DNA of 49,751 bases from Flavobacteriaceae bacterium ASP10-09a (lineage in GTDB: Bacteria > Bacteroidota > Bacteroidia > Flavobacteriales > Flavobacteriaceae): assembly GCA_000981625.1 (NCBI GenBank), contig LAQA01000020.1, forward strand, positions 14,604 through 64,354, read 5' to 3'. The notes under the pieces are model-generated. The model did not search any database and was not told the origin of the DNA. It was given only the letters and a program-made list of their open reading frames with translations. The position numbers were made by a program, and so were the translations under genes. This document shows, piece after piece, positions 1 through 9,286 of this stretch (positions within the stretch are counted from its first letter, which is position 1; the number at the start of each line of letters is the position of its first letter).

Positions 1-8
1 TAAGATAA

Positions 9-81
9 TCATTCCTACGAAAGCAGGAATCTTATCTTTATGTAATAAATTAAAAATAGATTCCTGCTTTCGTAGGAATGA
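9..81. repeat. REP-like inverted doublet (24-bp perfect inverted repeat, each arm a GAAA-loop hairpin)
   Basis: TCATTCCTACGAAAGCAGGAATCT (9-32) and its exact reverse complement AGATTCCTGCTTTCGTAGGAATGA (58-81), with a 25-nt AT-rich spacer. Confidence 0.85.
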
Positions 82-93
82 CAAAAAAAAAGA

Positions 94-921
94 ATGAACT
101 TAAACCTATCAAAACCAATCGTGTTTTTCGATTTAGAAACTACGGGTGTAAATATAGCAACAGATAGAATTGTAGAAATTGCTGTTTTAAAAGTATTTCC
201 AAATGGAAATAAAGAGAGTAAAACTTGGTTGGTAAATCCAGAAATGGAGATTCCGAAAGAGTCATCAGCAATTCACGGAATTACAAATGAAAAAGTAGTA
301 ACTGAACCCACTTTTAAGGAGCTTGCAACCAAAGTAAATGAAATGATTGCTGGTTGTGATTTAGCTGGTTTTAATTCAAATAGATTTGACATTCCTTTAT
401 TAGCAGAAGAATTAATGCGCGCAGGAATTGACTTTGATATGCAGAATAGAAAAGCTATTGATGTACAAGTTATTTTTCATAAAAAGGAGCAAAGAACTTT
501 AGGTGCTGGTTATCAATTTTATTGTGGAAAAGAGTTAGAAGGTGCTCATGGGGCAGAAGCAGATACGAATGCGACGTATGAAATTTTGTTGGCGCAATTA
601 GATAAATATGAGGATATTGGAAATACCGTTGATACTTTAAGTACGTATTCTACGCATGGGAAAAGAGCTGATTTTGCTGGTTTTATTTTGATGAATGATG
701 AGGATCAAGAAATCTTTTCTTTTGGAAAATATAAAGGAAGAACCGTAGAAGAAGTTTTTAAAGAAAACCCAGGGTATAATAATTGGATTCAGAATGCAGA
801 TTTTCCTTTGTATACCAAAAAGGTGTTAAAAGGAATCAAAGAAAGAATGTCTGCTCCGAAAAGTAAAATGTCTGATGCAGATAAATTACAAGCTTTGCAG
901 CAAAAATTTAATTTAAGATAG
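94..921 (+). CDS. DEDDh 3'-5' exonuclease (DNA polymerase III epsilon-like)
   Basis: ExoI FFDLETTG, ExoII GFNSNRFD, ExoIII AHGAEADT; C-terminal FGKYKG motif. Confidence 0.9.
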   Translation: MNLNLSKPIVFFDLETTGVNIATDRIVEIAVLKVFPNGNKESKTWLVNPEMEIPKESSAIHGITNEKVVTEPTFKELATKVNEMIAGCDLAGFNSNRFDIPLLAEELMRAGIDFDMQNRKAIDVQVIFHKKEQRTLGAGYQFYCGKELEGAHGAEADTNATYEILLAQLDKYEDIGNTVDTLSTYSTHGKRADFAGFILMNDEDQEIFSFGKYKGRTVEEVFKENPGYNNWIQNADFPLYTKKVLKGIKERMSAPKSKMSDADKLQALQQKFNLR

Positions 922-1010
922 CTTTCCTTTATTCCTAAGGAAACATTAGTATCAACGAATTAAATTAAAACAAGAAAGACACACTATTAAACGAATAAAC
1001 ATTTTTAGGT

Positions 1011-1496
1011 ATGTTTACAGAATATAAAAATTTACCCAATAATTCTCGCGTTTGGATCTATCAATCAGATAGAGAATTTACTATTAAAGAAATTGAATTT
1101 ATAGCTGCTAAAGCAGAGGAGTTTATTAATTCTTGGACCCGTCATGGAGATAATTTAAAAGGGTCTTTTACGATTAAATATAATCAGTTTCTAGTTTTGG
1201 CTGTAGATGAAAATTTTAATAATGTTTCTGGATGTTCTATAGATTCATCAGTGCGTTTTATTCAAGAATTAGAAAGCGAATTAAAGTTAGATTTGATGGA
1301 CAAGATGAACATCACTTTTAAAGAGGGTGAGGATATTAATTTAGTAAAATTACATGACTTTCAGCGTTTTGCAAAAGAGCGGAAAGTTACTCAAGAAACC
1401 ATTGTTTTCAATAACATGGTAAACACAAAAGAAGATTTTGAAAATAATTGGGAAATTCCTGCAAAGCTAAGTTGGCATAAACGTTTCTTGGTATAA
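1011..1496 (+). CDS. Conserved Bacteroidota protein of unknown function
   Basis: 161-aa ORF with SRVWIYQ, WTRHG and SGCSID motifs; no Walker A/B. Confidence 0.7.
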   Translation: MFTEYKNLPNNSRVWIYQSDREFTIKEIEFIAAKAEEFINSWTRHGDNLKGSFTIKYNQFLVLAVDENFNNVSGCSIDSSVRFIQELESELKLDLMDKMNITFKEGEDINLVKLHDFQRFAKERKVTQETIVFNNMVNTKEDFENNWEIPAKLSWHKRFLV

Positions 1497-1537
1497 AAAT
1501 TGATTTTAAGTTGTAAAATTAAAACAATTAACAAGCT

Positions 1538-1600
1538 ACGTTAAGGATCGAAAATAGTATCCTTTTTAGTAATGAAAAAAAGATATAATGGTAAGCCTCT
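1538..1600 (-). ncRNA. Flavo-1-like structured intergenic element, copy 1
   Basis: Minus strand GGCTTACCATTATATCTTTTTTT..AAAAAGGATAC..GATCCTTAACG; shares blocks with 47350-47415; family name is from memory of the motif. Confidence 0.55.
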
Positions 1601-1629
1601 TAAGGTTAAAAAATATGTTTTAAAAAAAA

Positions 1630-4548
1630 ATGAAGAAAAAGTTACTAATTATATTTGTTATAGGTTTCGCACTTAATTTATCAGCACAAGGAGTAGATCC
1701 TTTAAGAACAAAAGATTTTGAAGCTCAAGAAATCTGGGTAGATAGTATTATGAATAGTATGTCAATTGATGAAAAAATTGGTCAGTTATTTATGATACAA
1801 GCTTATTCTAATTTAGATCAAAAACATGAAGATTTAATTTCTGAAATGATTACGAAACATCATGTCGGGAATTTAATTTTTATGCAAGGAACTCCTGAAA
1901 AACAAGCCGTTTTAAATAATAAATATCAATCAATATCTAAACTACCATTAATGATTGGTTTTGATGGTGAATGGGGTTTAGATATGCGTTTAAAAAACAC
2001 CTATAAGTTTCCTTGGAATATGACTTTAGGTGCAATCAGAAATGATTCTTTAGTAAAAGAGTTTGGTGAGCATTTAGGAAAACATTGTAAGCGATTAGGA
2101 ATTCATATTAACTTTGCACCTGTTGTAGATATTAATATTAATCCTTTAAATCCTATAATTGGAAATCGTTCTTTTGGCGAAAGTAAAGAAAATGTAACTC
2201 AGAAAGCAATTGCTTTTACACAAGGGATGCAGAAACATGGAGTGATGGCAAATGCAAAACATTTTCCTGGTCATGGAGATACAGCAGCCGATTCTCATCA
2301 TACACTACCACTTTTAAATTTTGATAAAGCACGTTTAGATTCTATAGAATTATATCCTTATAGAAAAGTTTTTGATGCGGGAATAGGAAGTGTAATGACT
2401 GCTCATTTAAATATACCAAGTTTAGAACCAAATATAACCTTGCCGACATCATTATCTAAAAAGGTAGTCACTGACTTGTTGCAGCAAGAATTAGGCTTTA
2501 ATGGTTTAATCATAACGGATGGATTAAATATGAAAGGCGCAAGTAATTACGCAACTTCTGCAGAAATTGATTTAGCAGCTATAAAAGCAGGAAACGATTT
2601 GTTGCTAATACCTCAAGATGTTCCAGCAAGTGTTCGTTTGATTAAAAAAGCGATCGCTTTAAAAACTTTAACAGAAGAACAATTAAATTTTTCTGTACGT
2701 AAAATTTTAAAAGCTAAATATTGGATGGGTTTATATAATTACAAACCTATTGCACTAGAAAATTTACATGAAGATTTAAATACAGTTGAGGATGAATTAT
2801 TACATAGAAAACTAGTAAAAAATTCAATCACTGTTTTAAAAGATGTTCAACAAAATATTCCTTTAGCAAATTTAGAATACAAGAAAATAGCATACGTAAA
2901 GTTAGGGGATGATTCTGGAGATGACTTTGTAAACATGTTAAAGAATTACACAAAAATTGATGTAGTTTCAGATGTGAATTTAGATGTATTAATGAAGAAA
3001 TTAAAACCATATAATCAAGTAATTATTGGGTTTCATAAATCTAATAAGCACCCTTGGAAAAGTTATAAATTTAAAGAAAAAGAGTTAGTTTGGTTGCAAG
3101 AAATTGCTCGTAATAAAAAGGTGATTTTAGATATATTTACAAGTCCTTACAGCTTATTGCAGCTTAAAAGTTTTACAAATATAGAGGGCTTAATTGTTTC
3201 TTATCAAAACAGTAAATTATCGCAAGAATTATCTGCACAATTAATTTTTGGAGTTTTTGCAGCTAATGGAAAACTTCCTGTTTCAATTGGTAAAGAATTT
3301 AAAGAAGGGCATGGTTTAAGAACCTACAATATAAGTAGATTTGAATATTCAATCCCTGAAGATGTAAACTTATCATCAAAAAAATTAGCACTTATTGATC
3401 AGTTTGCAGATACTATTCTAAAAGAAAAAATGGCCCCAGGTTTTCAAGTATTAGTTGCTAGAAAAGGTAAAATTGTTTTTAATAAAAGTTATGGATATCA
3501 CACTGAAAAAAAAATAAGAACAGTTCGTAACTCTGACGTTTATGATCTAGCTTCTTTAACTAAAATATTAGCTTCTTTACCTTTAATTATGAAAGCAGAA
3601 GAAGATGCAAAAATTCCTTTATCAGCCAGTTTAAAAGATATTTTACCTAGTTTTATGAATTCTAATAAAGGATCTGTTTCTGTAAAAGAAATCCTTTCAC
3701 ATTATGGTAAATTAAAAGCTTGGATTCCTTTTTATTTAGATACGCAAGACAGTGTTACACATAAAAATTTACCAATATTTTATAGGAAGAAAAAATCGAA
3801 TAAATTCAATGTAAAAGTTGCAGAAAATTTATACATCAGAAAATCTTATAAAGACAGTATTTACAAGTACATTAAAGAAGTAGACCAAAGAGAGGATGAA
3901 GGCTATAAATATAGTGATTTGGGCTATTATCTTTTTAAAGAAGTTTTAGAGAAAAAGTACCAAAAACCTTTAAATAAGTTAGCAGACACTGAGTTTTACA
4001 AATCCTTAGGGGCAGATAGAATGACGTATTTACCACTCAAAAAATTCCATAAATCAGCAATTGTACCCTCAGAAATAGACGATTATTTTAGAAATCAATT
4101 ATTACATGGTAATGTACACGATATGGGCGCTGCAATGTTGGGTGGTGTTGCTGGTCATGCTGGTCTGTTTTCCAATGCAAATGATGTTGCTAAGATTATG
4201 CAAATGTATCTGCAAAAAGGTTTCTATGGAGGTAGACGCTACTTAAAAGAAGAAACTATAAATAAGTTTAATACACGTTATTTCCAGGACAAAAAAGTTA
4301 GAAGAGGTTTAGGGTTTGATAAGCCTCAGTTAGATTCAAAAGTAAAGGCAACCTGTGGATGTGTTTCTGATGAAAGTTTTGGTCACTCAGGCTTTACGGG
4401 CACCTATACTTGGGCGGATCCTAAAAGCGAAATTGTCTACGTTTTTCTGTCAAACAGAGTTTATCCTCACATGACAAATAGAGGTTTGATTAAGACAAAT
4501 ATGCGTACTAAAATTCAGCAAGCCATACAGAATGCAATTATAGATTAG
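1630..4548 (+). CDS. GH3 beta-N-acetylhexosaminidase fused to a beta-lactamase-family serine hydrolase
   Basis: Signal peptide; NagZ-type KHFPGHGDTAADSH and ITDGL; C-terminal domain with SLTK (SxxK), YSD and GHSGFTG. Confidence 0.9.
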   Translation: MKKKLLIIFVIGFALNLSAQGVDPLRTKDFEAQEIWVDSIMNSMSIDEKIGQLFMIQAYSNLDQKHEDLISEMITKHHVGNLIFMQGTPEKQAVLNNKYQSISKLPLMIGFDGEWGLDMRLKNTYKFPWNMTLGAIRNDSLVKEFGEHLGKHCKRLGIHINFAPVVDININPLNPIIGNRSFGESKENVTQKAIAFTQGMQKHGVMANAKHFPGHGDTAADSHHTLPLLNFDKARLDSIELYPYRKVFDAGIGSVMTAHLNIPSLEPNITLPTSLSKKVVTDLLQQELGFNGLIITDGLNMKGASNYATSAEIDLAAIKAGNDLLLIPQDVPASVRLIKKAIALKTLTEEQLNFSVRKILKAKYWMGLYNYKPIALENLHEDLNTVEDELLHRKLVKNSITVLKDVQQNIPLANLEYKKIAYVKLGDDSGDDFVNMLKNYTKIDVVSDVNLDVLMKKLKPYNQVIIGFHKSNKHPWKSYKFKEKELVWLQEIARNKKVILDIFTSPYSLLQLKSFTNIEGLIVSYQNSKLSQELSAQLIFGVFAANGKLPVSIGKEFKEGHGLRTYNISRFEYSIPEDVNLSSKKLALIDQFADTILKEKMAPGFQVLVARKGKIVFNKSYGYHTEKKIRTVRNSDVYDLASLTKILASLPLIMKAEEDAKIPLSASLKDILPSFMNSNKGSVSVKEILSHYGKLKAWIPFYLDTQDSVTHKNLPIFYRKKKSNKFNVKVAENLYIRKSYKDSIYKYIKEVDQREDEGYKYSDLGYYLFKEVLEKKYQKPLNKLADTEFYKSLGADRMTYLPLKKFHKSAIVPSEIDDYFRNQLLHGNVHDMGAAMLGGVAGHAGLFSNANDVAKIMQMYLQKGFYGGRRYLKEETINKFNTRYFQDKKVRRGLGFDKPQLDSKVKATCGCVSDESFGHSGFTGTYTWADPKSEIVYVFLSNRVYPHMTNRGLIKTNMRTKIQQAIQNAIID

Positions 4549-4678
4549 AAGCTATTTTGTGTTTCATGCAATTTTTTTTCATTCTTCAAAAATTCACTCG
4601 AACTTACAATTAAAAATTTTAAGAATATCAGTAGTAATTCTAACGTTTTAAATAATGCTTAAGTTTAATTATTTGCTT

Positions 4679-5740
4679 TTACAAAAAAGAATTATTTTCT
4701 GTGTTTGTCTCCGAAATTTTCGAGTACATGACTATTAAAAATAATGAAATTAATAAGTAACAGATAGCAGTTTTCCAATCAAAAAGTAAATTGATAACCC
4801 AAGCTTGTAATCCATAAAATGTAGGAAAAGTAAATAAGCAAAATGTATATCTAAAAGTATCTATAAACTCAATTTCATCAATTTTTTTAGAAACTTTTTT
4901 CCAAATTAGATATGGGATTAAACTGTTTAAAATGATTGTATAATATAATAGTTTTAAGAAGTTTTTATGCTTTCTTTTTGGTTCAGGGTAATTTCCAGTT
5001 TTAATTATTTTATTGACGAAGTCAACATTCGTAAAATCAATATTTAAACTATTTAATTTAGCTAAAGTTGCTGTATATTTTTCATCATCAGGAATGTGAA
5101 CACTTAATTTTTTTAGTTGATTGCTAACTTCATCCTTTAAATTATTGATAGAAGAAATTGGCTCATCGGTATTATAAAACTTTTCTGTAGCAATTGGCTT
5201 TCCAAAATTTAGTGCAACTTTTGTCGGATAAAAAGAGGCATTTTGATACGTAAGCCCTACAGGGATTATATTTATTTTTAATTCAGGATTTTCTTCTAAG
5301 GCTCCAAAAACAATTCGTGTAAAGCCCTTACTTATAGGTCTAATTGTACGTTTTCTATTATGACTTCCTTCAGGGAAAATCATCAAAGATTCGCCTCTTT
5401 TAAAAAGGTTAAAACAATTTTCGAAAATTTCTTTGTTTTTACCTAATTGATTTGCTCCATCTCTAATTCTATAAATTGGCATCAAATTTAAACTCTCTAG
5501 AATTTTTTTGATAAATTGTTTTTTAAAGGATGCGGCTCTTACTAAATAATGGTCATTTCTTGAAGTATTTGTGGTGACAATTAAAGGGTCTATCAAGCCA
5601 TTAGGATGATTTACGCAAAACAAAACGGCTCCGTTTTTAGGAATATTATTTTTACCAGAAACTAGTATTCTTTTACTGTAAAAGAATAAACCAATTTTAA
5701 GATAAAGAACGACTGAGTTATACCAAAGTTTTTTTAACAT
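4679..5740 (-). CDS. Lysophospholipid/glycerol-phosphate acyltransferase (PlsC family)
   Basis: NHPNGLID (HxxxxD) and FPEG motifs; C-terminal hydrophobic helices. Confidence 0.85.
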   Translation of the reverse strand: MLKKLWYNSVVLYLKIGLFFYSKRILVSGKNNIPKNGAVLFCVNHPNGLIDPLIVTTNTSRNDHYLVRAASFKKQFIKKILESLNLMPIYRIRDGANQLGKNKEIFENCFNLFKRGESLMIFPEGSHNRKRTIRPISKGFTRIVFGALEENPELKINIIPVGLTYQNASFYPTKVALNFGKPIATEKFYNTDEPISSINNLKDEVSNQLKKLSVHIPDDEKYTATLAKLNSLNIDFTNVDFVNKIIKTGNYPEPKRKHKNFLKLLYYTIILNSLIPYLIWKKVSKKIDEIEFIDTFRYTFCLFTFPTFYGLQAWVINLLFDWKTAICYLLISLFLIVMYSKISETNTENNSFL

Positions 5741-5766
5741 AATAAGTGTTGTAAATAAATTTCATT

Positions 5767-6696
5767 TTATTGAACCTTTTTAGGAGAGCTTCTTCCCCAA
5801 AAGGTAGCCAAAGCCATTCCTGAAAACACATCCCAAATCCCCCAAAAAGCAGCTAATAAAGCCATACCCCCCAAACCGTCAAAAAAGCCAAAAATTAAAA
5901 GTAATCCTAAACCTCCATTTTGAATTCCTGTTTCCATAGAAATTGTCTTACAATCTTTATTATTTAATCCAAAACTTTTTGCTGTATAAAAACCAAGTAT
6001 ATATGCAAAGATATTATGAAAGATGACCAAGAATAAAACATGATGAATGTAGTCTACAAATATTTCTAAGTTTTGAGAAAATGCTAAAAAAATAAGTGCA
6101 ATAAAAACAATCATAGAAAGCGGTTTTAATACTTTTTCTATTTTAATTGCTTTTTCAGATTGGTAATGTTTTATAACCATTCCTAGGATTAGAGGAATTC
6201 CTAAAATCAAAGAAACTAATTTAAATAAGTCGATAGGATTTAAAGAAACCGCTTTTAAAATTTCATTTGTAGGTTCATACATACTGCCCCAAAATTGTAA
6301 ATTAAAAGGAGTCATGAAAATACAAATCAAGGTTGCAAAAGCTGTTAAACTTACAGAAAGTGCTGCATTTCCTCCAGACATTTTACTAAAAAAGTTAGAT
6401 ACATTTCCTCCAGGGCAAGCTGCAATTATCATCATTCCTAGAGCAAAACTTGGGTGAGGTTCTATTATTAAAATTGCTAAAAATGTTGCTGCGGGTAATA
6501 AGAAAAATTGCGATAAAACACCTATAAAAACTATTTTAGGGTTTTTAAAAAGACGTTTAAAATCATTAGTTGTAATTCCTAATGCAACACCAAACATGAT
6601 AATGGCTATAGCGATATTTAAAATCCACAAACCACTAGAATCAAAGTTTATTTTGATATCATCGATTTTTATAGTAGGATCAGTTTGTAAAAGCAT
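5767..6696 (-). CDS. Bile acid:sodium symporter (BASS) family transporter
   Basis: CPGGNVSN and ETGIQN motifs; many TM helices; start overlaps the upstream gene by 17 bp. Confidence 0.9.
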   Translation of the reverse strand: MLLQTDPTIKIDDIKINFDSSGLWILNIAIAIIMFGVALGITTNDFKRLFKNPKIVFIGVLSQFFLLPAATFLAILIIEPHPSFALGMMIIAACPGGNVSNFFSKMSGGNAALSVSLTAFATLICIFMTPFNLQFWGSMYEPTNEILKAVSLNPIDLFKLVSLILGIPLILGMVIKHYQSEKAIKIEKVLKPLSMIVFIALIFLAFSQNLEIFVDYIHHVLFLVIFHNIFAYILGFYTAKSFGLNNKDCKTISMETGIQNGGLGLLLIFGFFDGLGGMALLAAFWGIWDVFSGMALATFWGRSSPKKVQ

Positions 6697-7321
6697 ATTC
6701 TATAATGTTTGAGCCCATCTTCAATGCTTTCTCACGAACTTTTTTTGGGTTGTTATGAATTATTTGGTCTTCCCAACCATCACTTAAATCGGTTTCATAA
6801 TCGTAAAAAACAACCAATCTGCCTTTATAAAACAGACCAAAACCCTGAGCAGTTTTTTTATCATGTTCATGAATCTTTGGCATTCCTTGAGGAAATTTAA
6901 AAGTTTGATTATAAATTGGATGATTGCTTGGTATTTCTTGTAAATCTAATTCAGGAAATACTTTTTTTAGTTCTCTACGTATAAATTTATCCAACCCATA
7001 ATTGTCTGAAACGTGTAAAAATCCTCCAGAAATTAAATAATTTTTTAGGTTTGTTGCTTCTTCATTAGAAAAGAATACATTTCCATGACCAGTCATAAAT
7101 AACATAGGGAAGTTAAAAATATCTTCACTATTTATAGCAACACTTTGTGGATTTTTAGAAATATTAGTTTTAATAGTTATATTAACAAAGGCAACCAAAT
7201 TAGGAATTGCAGTAGGATTTGCATACCAATCTCCGCCACCATTATATTTTAAGATAGCAACATCTTGTGCGTTTGTAGAAAGAAAGATTAATAGAATAAA
7301 CAGCCTCGTAAATTGCTTCAT
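6680..7321 (-). CDS. DUF4159 family exported protein
   Basis: Signal peptide; YNGGGDWY, FMTGHG, GGFLHVSDNYG, DLSDGWED. Confidence 0.75.
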   Translation of the reverse strand: MKQFTRLFILLIFLSTNAQDVAILKYNGGGDWYANPTAIPNLVAFVNITIKTNISKNPQSVAINSEDIFNFPMLFMTGHGNVFFSNEEATNLKNYLISGGFLHVSDNYGLDKFIRRELKKVFPELDLQEIPSNHPIYNQTFKFPQGMPKIHEHDKKTAQGFGLFYKGRLVVFYDYETDLSDGWEDQIIHNNPKKVREKALKMGSNIIEYAFTN

Positions 7322-7365
7322 AAATTATTCAAAAATGAATTTTAAGCAATATACTAAAAATGATG

Positions 7366-8094
7366 TTACTGATTGATAAAAGATATATTTTGTACAGCAA
7401 CCAAGGCAGCAGTTTCTGTTCGTAACCGACTTTCTCCTAAAGAAATAGGAATGCTGTTTTTTTCTAAGGCTTTTGTGATTTCTTTAGAAGAAAAATCGCC
7501 TTCAGGGCCAATTAGAATGGTTGTTTTTTCTGATGGATTCACAACTGATTTTAATAGCTTTTTATCTTTTTGTCCCGAGGTTTTGTTGATGGACTCACAA
7601 TGAGCAATACATAAAGTTCCATCAAAATTTTGGTTGATAAAATCATTGAATTTTACAGGTTCATTGATTTTCGGAACTGTAAATTTTAATGATTGTTTCA
7701 TTGCAGACTGTATGATTTTTTCAAAACGATCTAGTTTTATTATTCTGCGTTCAGAATTATTACAAATAATTGGCGTAATTTCATCAATACCGATTTCTGT
7801 AGCTTTTTCTAAAAACCACTCTATTCGATCATTGTTTTTTGTGGGCGCAATTGCTATATGCAAATAATAGTTCCAAGGTTTTGGTTTCTCTTGTATATCA
7901 ATAATTTCAGCAACGCATTTTTTATCACTAGCAATTATAATCTTTACATCAAATAGAAAACCTTTACCATTTGTAATGTGTAGAATTGCATCTTCTTTTT
8001 TTCTTAAAACACGAACAATATGTTTGCTCTCAATTTTATCAAAAGTAATTTGAGTTGTTTCTTTAGTAAGATCAGGATTGTAGAATAATTGCAT
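7366..8094 (-). CDS. rsmE: 16S rRNA m3U1498 methyltransferase
   Basis: HIVRVLR, EKATEIG, IGPEGDF, SLGESRLRTETA (SPOUT). Confidence 0.95.
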   Translation of the reverse strand: MQLFYNPDLTKETTQITFDKIESKHIVRVLRKKEDAILHITNGKGFLFDVKIIIASDKKCVAEIIDIQEKPKPWNYYLHIAIAPTKNNDRIEWFLEKATEIGIDEITPIICNNSERRIIKLDRFEKIIQSAMKQSLKFTVPKINEPVKFNDFINQNFDGTLCIAHCESINKTSGQKDKKLLKSVVNPSEKTTILIGPEGDFSSKEITKALEKNSIPISLGESRLRTETAALVAVQNISFINQ

Positions 8095-8150
8095 TAATAT
8101 GTAAGTTTCAAATTTTTAAAACTGTAATTTTTCAATTTAATTAAAATTAA

Positions 8151-9272
8151 CTACTGAACACTCTTTCTATAAGTTCTTCTTCTTTTATGTGTTACGGGAT
8201 TAAAATCTGCCCATATTTTTTTTATAGATTCATTTTCCTCTAATTCAGGAGTTCTGATACAATTTATAATTCCTTTTTTCGCAAAAGTTTTTGTGTATTG
8301 ATCAAAAATTATAGCAGTTATACCTTTGTTTTGATAATCTGGATGTACACCAATCAAATAAAAAGTTACGTCTTTAGCATGTCTTTTAGCTTTTAATAAA
8401 CGCAACATCCCTAATGGAAACAACTTTCCTTTAGCTTTTTGTAAAGCGGAAGAGAAAGAAGGCATTACAATTGCAAAAGCAATTAATTTATCATTTTTAT
8501 CCATCACAAATTTAATGTACTCAGGATTAATAAAAGAAATATATTTTTTCTTAAAATAAGTAATCTGATCTTCAGTAATAGGAACATAAGTAGAAAGATT
8601 TGAATAGGTTTTCTCAAACACTTCAAACATTTCATCTACTAGTGGTAAAATGTCTTTTGTCCTCTTAAAATCTAGAGCTTTTAGTTTAAAACGACTTTTT
8701 AATACTTTGCTAACTCTATCAAAATAAATAGCATCAACATTTTTAAATTTAAATTTATTTTCTAGGTATTCTTTTTCTTTTATAAAACCTAATTGCTCTA
8801 AGTGATCTTTATAATAAGGATGATTATACCAAGTAATCATCGTTCCTAACTCTTCAAAACCATCAATTAAAACACCAGTTTTATCTAAGTTATTAAAACC
8901 AACAGGTCCTTCTATGTATTCTAAATTATTTGCCCGTCCAATTTCATTAACTTTATTTAATAAAACTTTGCTAACTTCAATATCATCGATAACATCAAAC
9001 CAACCAAAACGCATCTTTTTAATTTGTTGTTTTTCAACTTCTATCCAATTGATAATAGCAACAACTCTACCTACAATTTTTTTATTTTTATAAGCAAGGA
9101 AAAATTGAGCTTCAGCATTTTTAAAAACAGGATTTTTTTTAGGATTAAAATTGTCAACTTCATCTTTAATTATTGGAGGAACCCAATATTTGTTTTTTCT
9201 ATATACAGAAAAGGGAAACAATACAAATCGTTTTATTTCTCTTTTTGTGGTAGCTTGTTTTAGGGTAATCAT
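8151..9272 (-). CDS. Tandem-GNAT N-acyltransferase, bacterial ceramide synthase-like
   Basis: FLAYKNKKIVGRVVAIIN, RFGWFDVIDD, YNHPYY, and the acyl-CoA loop IGVHPDYQNKG. Confidence 0.7.
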   Translation of the reverse strand: MITLKQATTKREIKRFVLFPFSVYRKNKYWVPPIIKDEVDNFNPKKNPVFKNAEAQFFLAYKNKKIVGRVVAIINWIEVEKQQIKKMRFGWFDVIDDIEVSKVLLNKVNEIGRANNLEYIEGPVGFNNLDKTGVLIDGFEELGTMITWYNHPYYKDHLEQLGFIKEKEYLENKFKFKNVDAIYFDRVSKVLKSRFKLKALDFKRTKDILPLVDEMFEVFEKTYSNLSTYVPITEDQITYFKKKYISFINPEYIKFVMDKNDKLIAFAIVMPSFSSALQKAKGKLFPLGMLRLLKAKRHAKDVTFYLIGVHPDYQNKGITAIIFDQYTKTFAKKGIINCIRTPELEENESIKKIWADFNPVTHKRRRTYRKSVQ

Positions 9273-9286
9273 TATAATTAGGGGGT

